Assembly: GCA_963825865.1 (NCBI GenBank)
Contig: CAWGVG010000037.1
Location: 1 to 30,851 of the forward strand
Direction: 5' to 3'
Source: an uncultured Nitrososphaeraceae archaeon
Lineage (GTDB): Archaea > Thermoproteota > Nitrososphaeria > Nitrososphaerales > Nitrososphaeraceae
Length of the DNA: 30,851 nucleotides
In this document: in pieces, positions 19,670 to 30,398 of the stretch
Layout: the number at the start of each line of letters is the position of its first letter
How positions within the stretch are numbered: the stretch's first letter is position 1
Made by a program: the position numbers and the translations under genes
Notes under the pieces: generated by a model
Seen by the model: only the letters and a program-made list of their open reading frames with translations
What the model was told of the DNA's origin: nothing
The model's database searches: none

Positions 19670-19792
19670 ATGATAAAGGATATAGGGATTTGCAGAAATT
19701 GCGGAGTCGTTTTCGACTTGCAACGCAGGCAAGACAAAGATTGTCCAGTATGTCACCATGGGGAACACCTACCATTCAGAACTGATAAATAA
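19670..19792 (+). CDS. Zinc-ribbon microprotein, 40 aa (not in ORF track)
   Basis: MIKDIGICRNCGVVFDLQRRQDKDCPVCHHGEHLPFRTDK*: CxxCG-x12-CPxC. Confidence 0.75.
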   Translation: MIKDIGICRNCGVVFDLQRRQDKDCPVCHHGEHLPFRTDK

Positions 19793-20871
19793 ATTTAATA
19801 TCCCCTGGCATTCTTATTATATACTAACTCACTTACTTTAATTCACTTACTTAACAATTTATCTCTATCTATCTATCAATCAATCAATCAATATAATACG
19901 GCACGATTCGGACAAAGCGATACCGTCTTTATCAGAAAGAAGAAGAAAGCAAGAGAAGACATTCAAAGTGGGAGCGATATGTTATTGCCGCAATACTTTG
20001 GCTGGTAAAATTGATAACTAATAGTTTGGAAAAATTCAACATGAAAAGCAAGCGTGTTGTTCAAGGATATGGACTACTACAACAACAACAGTACACACAT
20101 CACAAAATTACTTTACTGAACATTACGCAGCTATGCTAGTAGAGGAGGCTGATCAACTTTACAATAAACTAGTAAAAGATCTAACAAATAGGATTATTTA
20201 TGATCCCGCTTTTAGGAGCAGTAATTAATCGCTACCATCAACGTATGACGATTATGCTCAAATCCTGTTGACAATAAAAATAAAGCAAAACGAGATTTGA
20301 AAAACATAAGATTTGAGAATAATTTGCACATGGAAAATTTAACAAATCACACTATGATGTTTTAAAAGATAAGATATCATGGCATGGTCATTCTATACTT
20401 GAAATTGTGATAGTATAGATGCAATATCATTGGAACGACCCTTAAAATTTCAAGGCATATAATGTAATATATGTTTATGAAAGACCAAATGTATATAGTC
20501 TGCTCAAAGTACGACTAGTGCTCATATGATGTATTGATTATTGATCTCATAGAGACCGGTCTCCGTCTAATCTATTAATCTACGCTTATAGCTGAGGTAA
20601 TCTGTGGATAGAAAGCATTGTATCAGGTCAATGTGTATGTGTATCGCACCCGTTGCTTGAAGAGACATTGTTAGAATAAAGCATTTAAGCTGACTTTTGG
20701 TACAGTATAAAAAAATGCGATTAGGGATATTAGTAGCAGGAGCAAGTATCTTGTAGTAGGTATAGTAATTTTCCTGGCAACTCTTCAGATTGGCTCTTTT
20801 GTCAATACCTATTTCTAAAACATAAATCTATCTGGAATAAGATTGTAGTAGCTGACAGGCAAGTAACTGTT

Positions 20872-21845
20872 ATGCTTGCTACTGATTCTTTATATTCTTA
20901 TTTTCAAGACAAGTTTGCAACTACACATTACAACATGTTTGTTGGTCCGCCAGATTCAGGTAAAGGTGCTATATTACTGGGGTTCAAATATCTAGGTTAT
21001 CGTGTTGTCCTTGCTTCTGACATGTCAGGTGCTAATCTTTTAGATCTGCTAAGTTCCATCGAAGCAAATCAAATAACGCTTGCAGAAGATGAATTAGACG
21101 ATATATACAACGACCCTGATAAGTTAAGAATCTACAAGGTTGGATATGACAATACTTCAGTTATTCCAAGGACATTAGACGGTATACCAGGAGCAGAACT
21201 AACAGATACTATCTACCTTTTTCTTTAAGATTTTTGCCGCTGAAGAATACCCGGATGATAAGAAGTTAGAAGGCTTCAATGACAGAACTTTTAGGAAAAA
21301 CTCTAAAAAGGGCAAGCCAGGAATTTATGCAAAACAATTATCTGAAAAGACTGATTCTAAAAAATATATACACGCACTATCAAAGATAGAATATCTAAGA
21401 AAACTTACACTTGTATTCAGATTACTTCATGGCAATGATATCATAGAACAAGTAAACACAAACATTGAAAGCCGTGCCTTGGAGTTAACAGGACCACAGA
21501 TCCGTTTATTCAATTCAGAGAAATTAGGACAAACATCATCATCATCATCATCATCAAGAGTAGAAGAATCTGAAAAAGAAGACAATAATTCAATATTACA
21601 TAATGAGATATTACCAATGTTATCGTCTTGTTTAAGACAAAAAGGTGAAGTTGCCAAAAAGACACTTGAAGCGACAATTTATGAAGCATTAAAAGAACTG
21701 CTAGAAAACGCAGAGAAAAGAGCCATTTTAGATGACGTAAATCCGATCCTGTTTCAGTACTTTCAAATGAAGTGATCTATGATAAAGTGTATGCGTTAGC
21801 AGATGGTTCTCCGGTCCCCGATAAAACTCACGTATTCTACTGTGT
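20872..21845 (+). pseudogene. Fragmented P-loop NTPase (primase/helicase-like replication protein of integrative elements); right end approximate
   Basis: Walker A GPPDSGKG and Walker B-like ITLAEDE. It continues in other frames as KIFAAEEYPDDKKLEGFNDRTF...NIESRALELTGPQIRLF. Both ends appear to be missing. Confidence 0.6.
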
Positions 21846-22181
21846 CGATCGTTTGAGATAAACAGTTTGGCATAATGGAATAAATCTGAATGTCAGTTAC
21901 ATATTTTTCTGCATTGCATTTAAATAGATTCCTCTTGTCAGAATAGGTCCTATGAGAATTCTACGTGAAAGCAATATGTATGGTAGCTGATTTAACAGTT
22001 TGGTGAGCGACCTCTATTGCTTTTATGATGGCTGTCATATTATTTGCCGCTATCTGAGTTCCCATAGCTGTAAGTTTGGTGGTTTTAATATGTGATGTAA
22101 CACATCAGTACTACATATGATAATTTTTGATCTTTTATGTGCATGTCCAGAATAAATATTATCTTTTGGGGTTATAGTGTG

Positions 22182-22438
22182 ATGAATACAAAAACAGCAG
22201 CGAATACTACAACAAAACACTGATAGTAGCTCTTGACACTTGCTGCGATCGTTGTAAAGAAAGATTAGCAGAGATATTTCAAGTTAATGGTGATTACTGT
22301 TTAGAATGCTGGCAGGGATTGACATATCCTGATGTTAAGATTAGTCTATCTTCTATACAATATAATCCCTTCACGGGTAAAAAATCTTCCATTAAATTTC
22401 TGAAAATATCAAACTTATTTCATTACCAAGAAGCCTAA
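22182..22438 (+). CDS. CxxC...CxxC zinc-binding small protein, frameshift near the start (not in ORF track)
   Basis: ...LDTCCDRCKERLAEIFQVNGDYCLECWQGLTYPDV...; the ATG at 22182 is in a different frame. Confidence 0.55.
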
Positions 22439-22543
22439 AATTGTTAGCATCTTACCGTTTTGTCAATCAGATTCATTCGGTAAAGCTATGTAGGTAACAC
22501 AATTGGAAAAAAGCATTAAGATCATTAGACATTTCTGAACTTA

Positions 22544-22924
22544 ATGGCTCTCGTTTGTTTGTTGTTATTTCAATTCTTGTTGGTCAGTAGACCTGATCTT
22601 TGGTCACAGGAAGACGATTTATTATTTTTAAAGTGGGTAACAAATAAGCGGGATAGATGTTATCATACAATGGCCAGAGACTTGTCAGCACGTCCACATG
22701 AAATATTGAACCTGAAAATAAAAGATGTTGTATTTAAAAATGCAAATGGCTATCAGTATGCAGAAGTTCTGGTTAACGGGAAAACAGGTTCAAGGCACAT
22801 ACCTTTAATCCAATCCATTCCTTACATCAAAGATTGGCTATCAAATCAGCCAAGCAGGAATAACCCTAGATCTCCTATCTTCGTTAGCCTAGATAAGCAT
22901 AGCATGGTGTTAGTTGACTCATAA
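22544..22924 (+). pseudogene. Tyrosine recombinase/integrase internal fragment
   Basis: KRDRCYHTMARDLSARPHEILNLKIKDV (box I Arg) and NGKTGSRHIPL (catalytic Lys). The HxxR and Tyr region is absent. Confidence 0.85.
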
Positions 22925-23568
22925 TTTCATAGTCAGAGTAACCATAATTACATAGAACTAGTACGTAAGCTGTTGGCAATATGATATAATATGATAGTTT
23001 GATATCTTATTTGAACAATCTACTAATGAATGTTATAAAGCAGAGATCCTAAAGATATTCACATTGCTCGAATATTATATCCTAATGTTACAGGTTCAAA
23101 TTATATCGATAAAGAGGACAAAGATCGAAATCACAAACACAGACAGCTATATTTAAAACAATAAAATTGGAATATATTATAGCAACAAGCTTTGTCATAC
23201 CCCATACTCCTTGTATATGGAGCAATACAAGGATATAAGTAGTAGTAAATAAAATAGCATGATAACTCTGTTTTCATGTAACTGATTAATAGTCATACTG
23301 CCTTGGATATTGTTACTTTACCCCCTAAAGTAAAAAATAATTCTTGTTTTTTTACGCTGCTAACGTCATTATATTTCTTATAGCAGACGGTATTTTGTCT
23401 ATGTTTCCTTCAAAGATATGTTTTTGTATATGGTTTAATCCTTGGCTTTGTAGTATGTTCCATGCAGTTGTCACAAAGCTCATAAAACCAAATTTTCAGG
23501 AAAGGAGTCAAGAGATTCCTAGAACGCCTCCAAGATTACCATTAAAGATCAACGCGTTAAGGCCTAAT

Positions 23569-23634
23569 TGTAACAACAGACAATGGAATACCATTTTGAT
23601 CTGTGGGTACATGATGCTTTGTCCCTAATTTACC
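23569..23634 (-). pseudogene. IS5-family (IS427/IS1031-like) transposase relic
   Basis: GKLGTKHHVPTDQNGIPLSVV matches the G.K.H...D..G.PL motif. Confidence 0.6.
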
Positions 23635-23784
23635 TGCTGAGTTAATAATTTTTCGGTGCCGAAAAAATTACCTTTAACGTAGTTATTATACCATATATTA
23701 CTACTAATTGCCAATTATTAAAAATTACACCTTTTTTTGAGAGAAGTTCTTATAGTATACCTTATCAAGTAATTTTTGTACATA

Positions 23785-24676
23785 ATGTCAAGATTATTTA
23801 CAAGCTCTAATTCGATATTAGGAATAATAGAAGAAATAGAGACCTCTAAAATATATCCATCCGTCTACTGCATTCGTCGAAGCCTCGATGAAATTGAGGA
23901 GTCTTGCAAGATCCATATTGCAAAAAGGCCTTTTGCAACCTATAATAGTCAGAATGAACGGAGAAGATTTTGAAATTGTCGCTGGAAATAGAAGGTATAA
24001 TGCGTGTAAAAAATTAGGGTGGAGAAAAATAATTTGCCACATAGTAGAATTAACAGACAAAGAAGCATTCGAGGTTTCATTAACTGAAAACGTGCAGAAA
24101 CAGACGTTGAATCCAATCGATGAGGCTTTGGCATACAAAGGTTATGTTAAAGACTATGGATGGGGTGGCGCCTCTGATTTGGCAAGAAAATTGGGAAGAA
24201 GTATAAGTTATATATCAAAAAGAATATCACTCCTAGATCTTCCTTCTGAGGTAGTTAATTCGATTATGAATTCTACAATCAGCGCTAGCATAGCCGAAGA
24301 GTTAGTTTATGTCACAGACCAACAGAGACAATCAGAACTTTCTGAGCTAATTTCAAAAAGAAATATTTCCTTTAGGAAAGCGCGCTCAATTATAAAAGAT
24401 TCCAAGAACGAAAATCCAACCATCTCTGAATCTTCCTTATCATTAAAAGAAGCCTGAGTTTGAAAAAGCCCAGAAAACTTTTGACAAATCAATAATCTCT
24501 GTGAGGATTGCTCTTAACAAGTTAGGATCGATTATCCAAGATAATGATGAAAATTGGTTGATTTATGAGATATTAATGCAACATAAAAACATGCTTCATG
24601 ATCAAATAGATCTTCTAATAAAACAGAAATACAAGTATAAACAAGATTGAAATTTCTTATTCACACAGGCCTCTGA
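23785..24676 (+). CDS. ParB/Spo0J-like protein (ParB N-domain plus HTH), frameshifts near 23900 and 24445
   Basis: LARSI...GLLQPIIVR...FEIVAGNRRY.AC (GxRR motif), SLTENVQK..LNPIDEA, HTH ASDLARKLGRSISYISKRISLL. The C-terminus FDKSIISVRIALNKL...IDLLIKQK is in the next frame. Confidence 0.9.
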
Positions 24677-24944
24677 GAATTGAACCTACCAACCAAGAGA
24701 GATTTAAGGATATAAAACAGATTGTAGCCACCTTTTAATTTTAGTTCTAGCACATTCTCTTTATTAGCTTGATGTAATGTCTATGTTACTCCTGTAACAT
24801 GGCTATTTCTCTATGTCTATGCACATCTGGCTATTTCTCTAATCGTAGTATTTCTCAAACAAAGCCATGCCATAAACCTCAGAAAAAATTCGGTATAAAC
24901 AGGTCAGGTGGCATAGCGTAAAGAAATTCCTGACAAACTCATCT

Positions 24945-25459
24945 CTACCTTGTAATGCTAAAACTGGTATTAGCAGAATATATCCCACAATTTGTGCTAA
25001 CACTAAAATTACCTTCTTTTGCATTGCCTTCTTGTTGATTCCATTTGAAAGTTCTTGATTCGTTCGGATTTAATTCAGTCAATACTTGTATTGCTACTAG
25101 TGGATAGCTGTCTCCTGTGTCCAGATTTTTTATCTTTAAATTAAGCGCCGACCATCCGGAAATGTTAAGGACTCACTTCCATTGTTTTTTATAGTAATAG
25201 TAATCGATTCTGCAAGGCTATATACCTTCTTGTCTGTAATAATTTGTAGAGGCCTGATTCCTGCATCTGCCATCTTCTGTTGTCTCATATTATCAATAAC
25301 ATTAACATCACTTAAACAATCCTTATCAATACTGACACTTTGAATCAAGTATGCATTAGATAACGGTTTTGCATTCACATTATAAAGGCTACCTACAATT
25401 AAGTTTATCAAAAACAAATAGGATCCTATTACTGCTGTAACTGGTTTTGTATTTATCAT
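24945..25459 (-). CDS. Secreted Ig-like beta-sandwich protein (BsuPI-like), one frameshift near 25150
   Basis: Signal peptide, then IITDKKVYSLAESITITIKNNGSESLTFPD | ALNLKIKNLDTGDSYPLVAIQVLTELNPNESRTFKWNQQEGNAKEGNFSVS. The TDK..Y...E, L.P.ES.TF.W and G.F/Y pattern fits Ig-like domains. Confidence 0.55.
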
Positions 25460-25491
25460 AAAATTATTATTTTGGTGCTGTTCCAGCAGTT

Positions 25492-25644
25492 TTATAGGCT
25501 TCCAGGTACATTCCCTTGACCATGTATTTTAAAGTCAGTAGCATCTATTCGATCATCAATATGCTTCTGAAGTTCAGACAATGAGTTAAACGACTTGCCA
25601 CATAGACATCTATAGGGCTTGGCTTTATCTACAATTGAAGACAT
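25492..25644 (-). CDS. C2H2-like zinc-finger microprotein, 50 aa (not in ORF track)
   Basis: MSSIVDKAKPYRCLCGKSFNSLSELQKHIDDRIDATDFKIHGQGNVPGSL*. Confidence 0.75.
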   Translation of the reverse strand: MSSIVDKAKPYRCLCGKSFNSLSELQKHIDDRIDATDFKIHGQGNVPGSL

Positions 25645-25655
25645 ATACAATGGAA

Positions 25656-25679
25656 TTCTATATTGTTAACAATATAGAA
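25656..25679. promoter_or_regulatory. Perfect 24-bp palindrome, candidate operator
   Basis: TTCTATATTGTT|AACAATATAGAA lies 11 nt upstream of the zinc-finger ATG, in the divergent region shared with the subtilisin gene. Confidence 0.65.
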
Positions 25680-25820
25680 GTTTCTATTAAGTAGTCGATG
25701 TTTTTATATTCATGTTATTAAGGTCTAAACCAAATATATTCTTGCGTTGTAGAACTATATTTATGTAGTTTTGAACTATAGAGTAATAGCTTATTAGGTA
25801 GGAGATCTTTGAAGTTATAG

Positions 25821-27224
25821 ATGGAAAGAAATAGTTTATACGTAAAATTTACTCTACCCTTAGCAGTATTAACCATACTATCATTGGTTAGTCCTGGTAA
25901 TGTTGTAGTTAACGGAAGCGTGGTGCATCCAGCATATGCACAAAGTGTCGCCTCGACAAATACAGCTAATATCACGGCTCCTGTTTCTGGGGCCAATATC
26001 ACAAATACTGCTGGCACATTAATACCTAATGTGTATATAGTAACAGTAAAAGATAATGCGACATTTGATACTCAGGCTTCAAATACAGCTATTAGAGCTT
26101 TAAGCAATGAAGCAGAGAACAAAGGTATACAAGTTACTCAGAGTCTTGCAGCAGCAGGAGCATTTATTGTAAAAACCCCTCCAAATGGAATATCAGCTCT
26201 TGATGATGTAAAAAAAGACTCTCGCGTATGGCAATAGAACAAGCCCAAACAGTGGTAGTGTCAAGTCAATCTGTGCCAACGGGTATCCAAAGAATAGATG
26301 CACAACCAGCAGGCAGCGAGCAGCCACAACGGCACTGGATGGAAATGTAACTTCTAACCCTGTTAATGCTAGCATAGGCATAATAGACACAGGAATCGAT
26401 CTTAAACATCCAGATCTAAATGTTGTTAATGGTGTCACCTTTGTACCCAATACAACTACTGCTAATGACGATAATGGCCATGGCACTCATGTTGCAGGAA
26501 TAGCGGGGCAAAGAATAATGATATAGGCGTAGTCGGTGTGGCTCCAGGCGCCAAACTATGGGCAATAAAGGTTCTTGCTGGAAATGGCGCAGGTTCGTCT
26601 GCGGATGTTTTGAGGGGAATCAATTACGCAATTGAACATGCAAAAGAATTAGATGTTATTAACCTAAGTCTAGGTGGTGGCTTTTCGGTTGCAGAAAATA
26701 CCGCGATAAGACGCGCGGTTGAAGCCGGAATTACAGTCGTTGTTGCAGCTGGAAATGAGCACGTTGATGCCTCAACTACTTCACCAGCCAGTGCTCCTCA
26801 AGCGATAACTGTCTCAGCTGCAGTTGACAGCGACGGCAAATGTGGAGGACTTGGAATGCCGACATCTAGAGGGAAGGGATGATAGCTTTGCTACTTATAG
26901 TGACTATGGCAAGATAGTAGATATTATGGCACCCGGTACATTGATAAATTCAACTTGGAAGGATGGTGGATACAAAGCCGGACTAAGCGGTTAAGAGTAT
27001 GGCCGCACCACACGTGGCAGGAGCTCCGAGCATTGTATAAATCAGTTCACCATAGTGCAACCGCAAATCAGGTGCTAGATGCGCTTTTAAGTATAGCTTC
27101 TACACCTACAACGGTATGTAAGGCCGGCGCTAATGGTCACGGCTATCTGGTTGATAGATTTGCCGATCTAGATGACGTAGCAGAGCCATTGCTGGATACA
27201 CAGGGCTTGGTAGATAGACACTAA
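25821..27224 (+). CDS. Secreted subtilisin-like serine protease (S8A) with I9 prodomain, several frameshifts
   Basis: Signal peptide; prodomain [10 protein letters not shown]...DDVKKDSRV; Asp motif GIIDTGID; His motif [11 protein letters not shown]; oxyanion VVVAAGN; Ser motif SG(T)SMAAPHVAG across an indel near 26992. Confidence 0.93.
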
Positions 27225-27381
27225 TAGATAGAGTGGACTGTTTTTGGAAATTAATCAAAAATTTCCGCCACTACCTATTTGTTAAGGTACATGTTCTTTA
27301 CTAGTAACTACCTATTGTTATCAGGAAAATAAAAGAACTGAAAAATTGAAAAATTATCTCCAACATCTGCTATCAGTTTCA

Positions 27382-29557
27382 TTAAGAGGGTTCTATTCCT
27401 ACGCACACACTTGGTGCTACACTTGCGACCTGAGGATCGTGTTTTAGATCGTCAATTATCTTGTTGAGTAACTGCTGATTTGAAGATTTTATTACGAGAA
27501 TCCCAAGATTCTCTAATACAATAATCTCTTTTATGCCTGAGCGTGTAAGCTTTTGGGTTAGATTATTAAGTACAGTTTTTACGGTAGTGGGGTCACGCAA
27601 TGCATGTCGCTTAACGTTACATCATATTGCCCAGATATATAACAGGATTTATTTGACAGACCAATTTGTGAGGCGAATGGTATCGAAGTCTTGTTATTAA
27701 AGATAGTATTTTTATTATCAGTGGTAGTGTTATTTGCAGCACAGGCCAGCACCAAATACAAAATAACGTGGCTCTATGAATTTCTCAGAATCTCCACCCT
27801 GAAGAGTGTAACCAGAACCTGTCCAAAGGTTAGTTGAATTATTGTAATTCCTTACCCTAATATAATCACCCCATCGTTCATCGTTAGGCCCGCGCGTTCC
27901 TTTAATCAAGGGCATCATCTGCCAAAATTTATCTGAAAAGGTTTTTGTTGTAGAATTGTAATTAATAGAACCTCCAGAATGATGGATGCCTGCTGCCTAA
28001 GCTTGGATAAATGTCACCCCCACCAAAGAAAGCCATTATTCCTAGATCACCATTTTTGTTAGGCATAACATATCCATATAACCAAGCAAAATCCGGACTC
28101 CAGATATACGGCCTGCCGAGATATGCCATATTAGTTGTTCTATTGAATATTGCAGCATTTATGTATGGCCAATTAAAAGTCGCATTGTGTGTTGACTCCC
28201 CTCCCTGGCCAGCAGGCCAAATGAAACCAACAATATCTCCCGAGACCCATCCTTGCATATTTAGAAAGCTATTTGCGCGCTTACACCAGTTGCTGCTGTT
28301 ATTGGTTCCAGTTGGACATTGTCCATTTCCATCTCTTATTACTGACCATGCAGGAATATGCCGATCATAATAAATGACGCTTGTCCAAGGAAGAGACTCA
28401 TCCCATTCATATATTCTGGTGAGATTATTTGAAAGATGGGCTGCCCAGTACATGGTATCAGTTGCTCCTTGGACTGGCGCAAAGCTCTTAGCTCCAGAAG
28501 AGTCTTGGTAATAGTCAAATTCTGGTTCTATTCTTCTTTTCAGATCGTCGAGAGAAATTCTTATAATAAGTGTATGAACAGGAATCTTAAATCCCAAAAA
28601 AGCTGGTTCAACGTTTCGTTGAATATTTGTAGTAATATAGAGATGTTTATTCGCTAATGCTAGCTGAGGATAATCAAACCATTGTTTCGTCCATGTACTA
28701 TCTATGTCGGTAGGCTTTACACCATAAAACGTCCAGTTTTTTAAATCGGAGGAAATACCCAATGCAATAAAGTTTTCTCCGTTATTGTCTACAGCACCTT
28801 GTCTATACCATATAAATATATCATGGTGTGGATCGTATATTACATCTTGATCACAACAAATATGCTTATCCATAGGATCGTTTGTAGGATCAATATATCT
28901 CCATGTAGTTCCATTATCTTTGGAGCTAGCACTATATTTATTACCTGTGTAAAATACTATTGGTCCATTACTTGCTTGACTAGGTTCATCGACCAGACTT
29001 AGCTTGCCAGGTGTAACTGTTTTGTTAATAATAATCCGTATAGGATCTGAAATGTTTTTATTCTTAATCAAAGACGATGTATTGTTCTTAGCATCTATGG
29101 TTGGTACATTGCTGTTGATTTTGCTCTCTAAAATCCGCATATTACCAGTTGTTGTTTTATTTTGTACTAAAGCATCACTCTCAGTATTATTAATAGGTGT
29201 CCGAGATATAGGCTCTGGCCCCCCAATCGTCTCATTGGATAATGGTACTTTTGGGCTAACTAATGTTTCATTTATTGATTTTTCTGTTTCTTGACCCTGT
29301 TCATCAGTTAGTGCTGGTGGGGTAGGAGTTCCTCCAAGAATGAATAACGCGGGTGGACCTAATTTTTTAGTTTTATTATCAGATGGACCCCCACCAGCAT
29401 TAGAGTCATACTTCACTCCAGAGGAAGTGAATGAAGGCTGTTGAGCTGCTACTATATTTAATTGACTTAAACCAACCAGATCGATATTTATTAACAATAT
29501 GAAAGCGAGTGATATCGTAACTATTGTATAGGAGTGAACATTGAGAGCGAAAATCAT
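27382..29557 (-). CDS. Large secreted Asp-box (BNR) beta-propeller-like protein with a C-terminal I9-like domain, frameshifted into four ORFs
   Basis: Signal peptide, low-complexity linker, DEPS.ASNG...SKDNGTTW (Asp-box), CCDQ.VIYDP, WFDYPQL, RWGDY. Then ISGQYDVTLSD(N)ALRD...DDLKHDPQVASVAP. Confidence 0.7.
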
Positions 29558-30398
29558 TAACTTAAAATATTAAAATACATATTAAAATATTTCTAATATT
29601 TCTAATAATGATGGTGCATCGGAAAGATATAAGATCTTGGCTATGTCCAGAGGGAAAACGTTTATTCTGGTTACTGCCTTTCTTAAACTGTGAAATATTG
29701 GATAGCATTTTGATACAAGTAAAAACATCTTTTGTTTCCTTTCAGCACCCTTGTACAGTTAAATTTAAAAGAGCTTTTTTTAGGAAACCATTCTAGCCTT
29801 AAGTTGTTCCTCCCTGAAAAAACAGGGCGCAAATAGATACAACAAGTATAGGAGATATAAAAAATAGCGATAAAGCCCTTAATGAACGTTTGAAATCTTT
29901 CCACGTTGTATTTAGACCTATGTCGCACCATTCTTTTTCCTCTACTTTTCCAGGTTCCTGACATCCATCTCACACCACCAAGATATCTCAAACGACTCAC
30001 TCGGATTGGTACATTTGTCTTGCTGCATAACTGTATACTGGAGGATGAGTCCACAGTAGTTGCTTCATGGCGAAAATAAGGATTATGAACATAATGCTCC
30101 ATCGATAATTTCGTAATTCTCTTTGTTTTTTCTCTTGTCTTTGCTTGTCGCTTCCGTTTAAAGATCTTGGTGTCCGCAATCATCATAGAACGTTAGGTAC
30201 GTTAGGTTCACTGAAACAGACCCAAATTTGGCAAGTTGTCTACATCCCATAAAGCTTAAAAACATCTCATTTCTAACGAAGGTATGGTTGGGGAGTTAAA
30301 CTATTTATACGAAATGGCGGACAAGTTATCACATAACTTATATTCTAAGGATGGATTGACGGCGATAAAAAGCGGTCAAACACGAGGCGAATATCATA

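Noticed and set aside
20552-20563. 12-bp palindrome GAGACCGGTCTC, and the 9-bp stem TCCTTGTAT/ATACAAGGA near 23208-23233
   Set aside because: Both are isolated, not positioned at a supported promoter or gene end, and short enough to arise by chance in 31 kb.
29608-30186. ORFs 29683..30186, 29997..30179 and 29608..29796
   Set aside because: No recognisable domain in any frame; probably a mosaic of decayed fragments.
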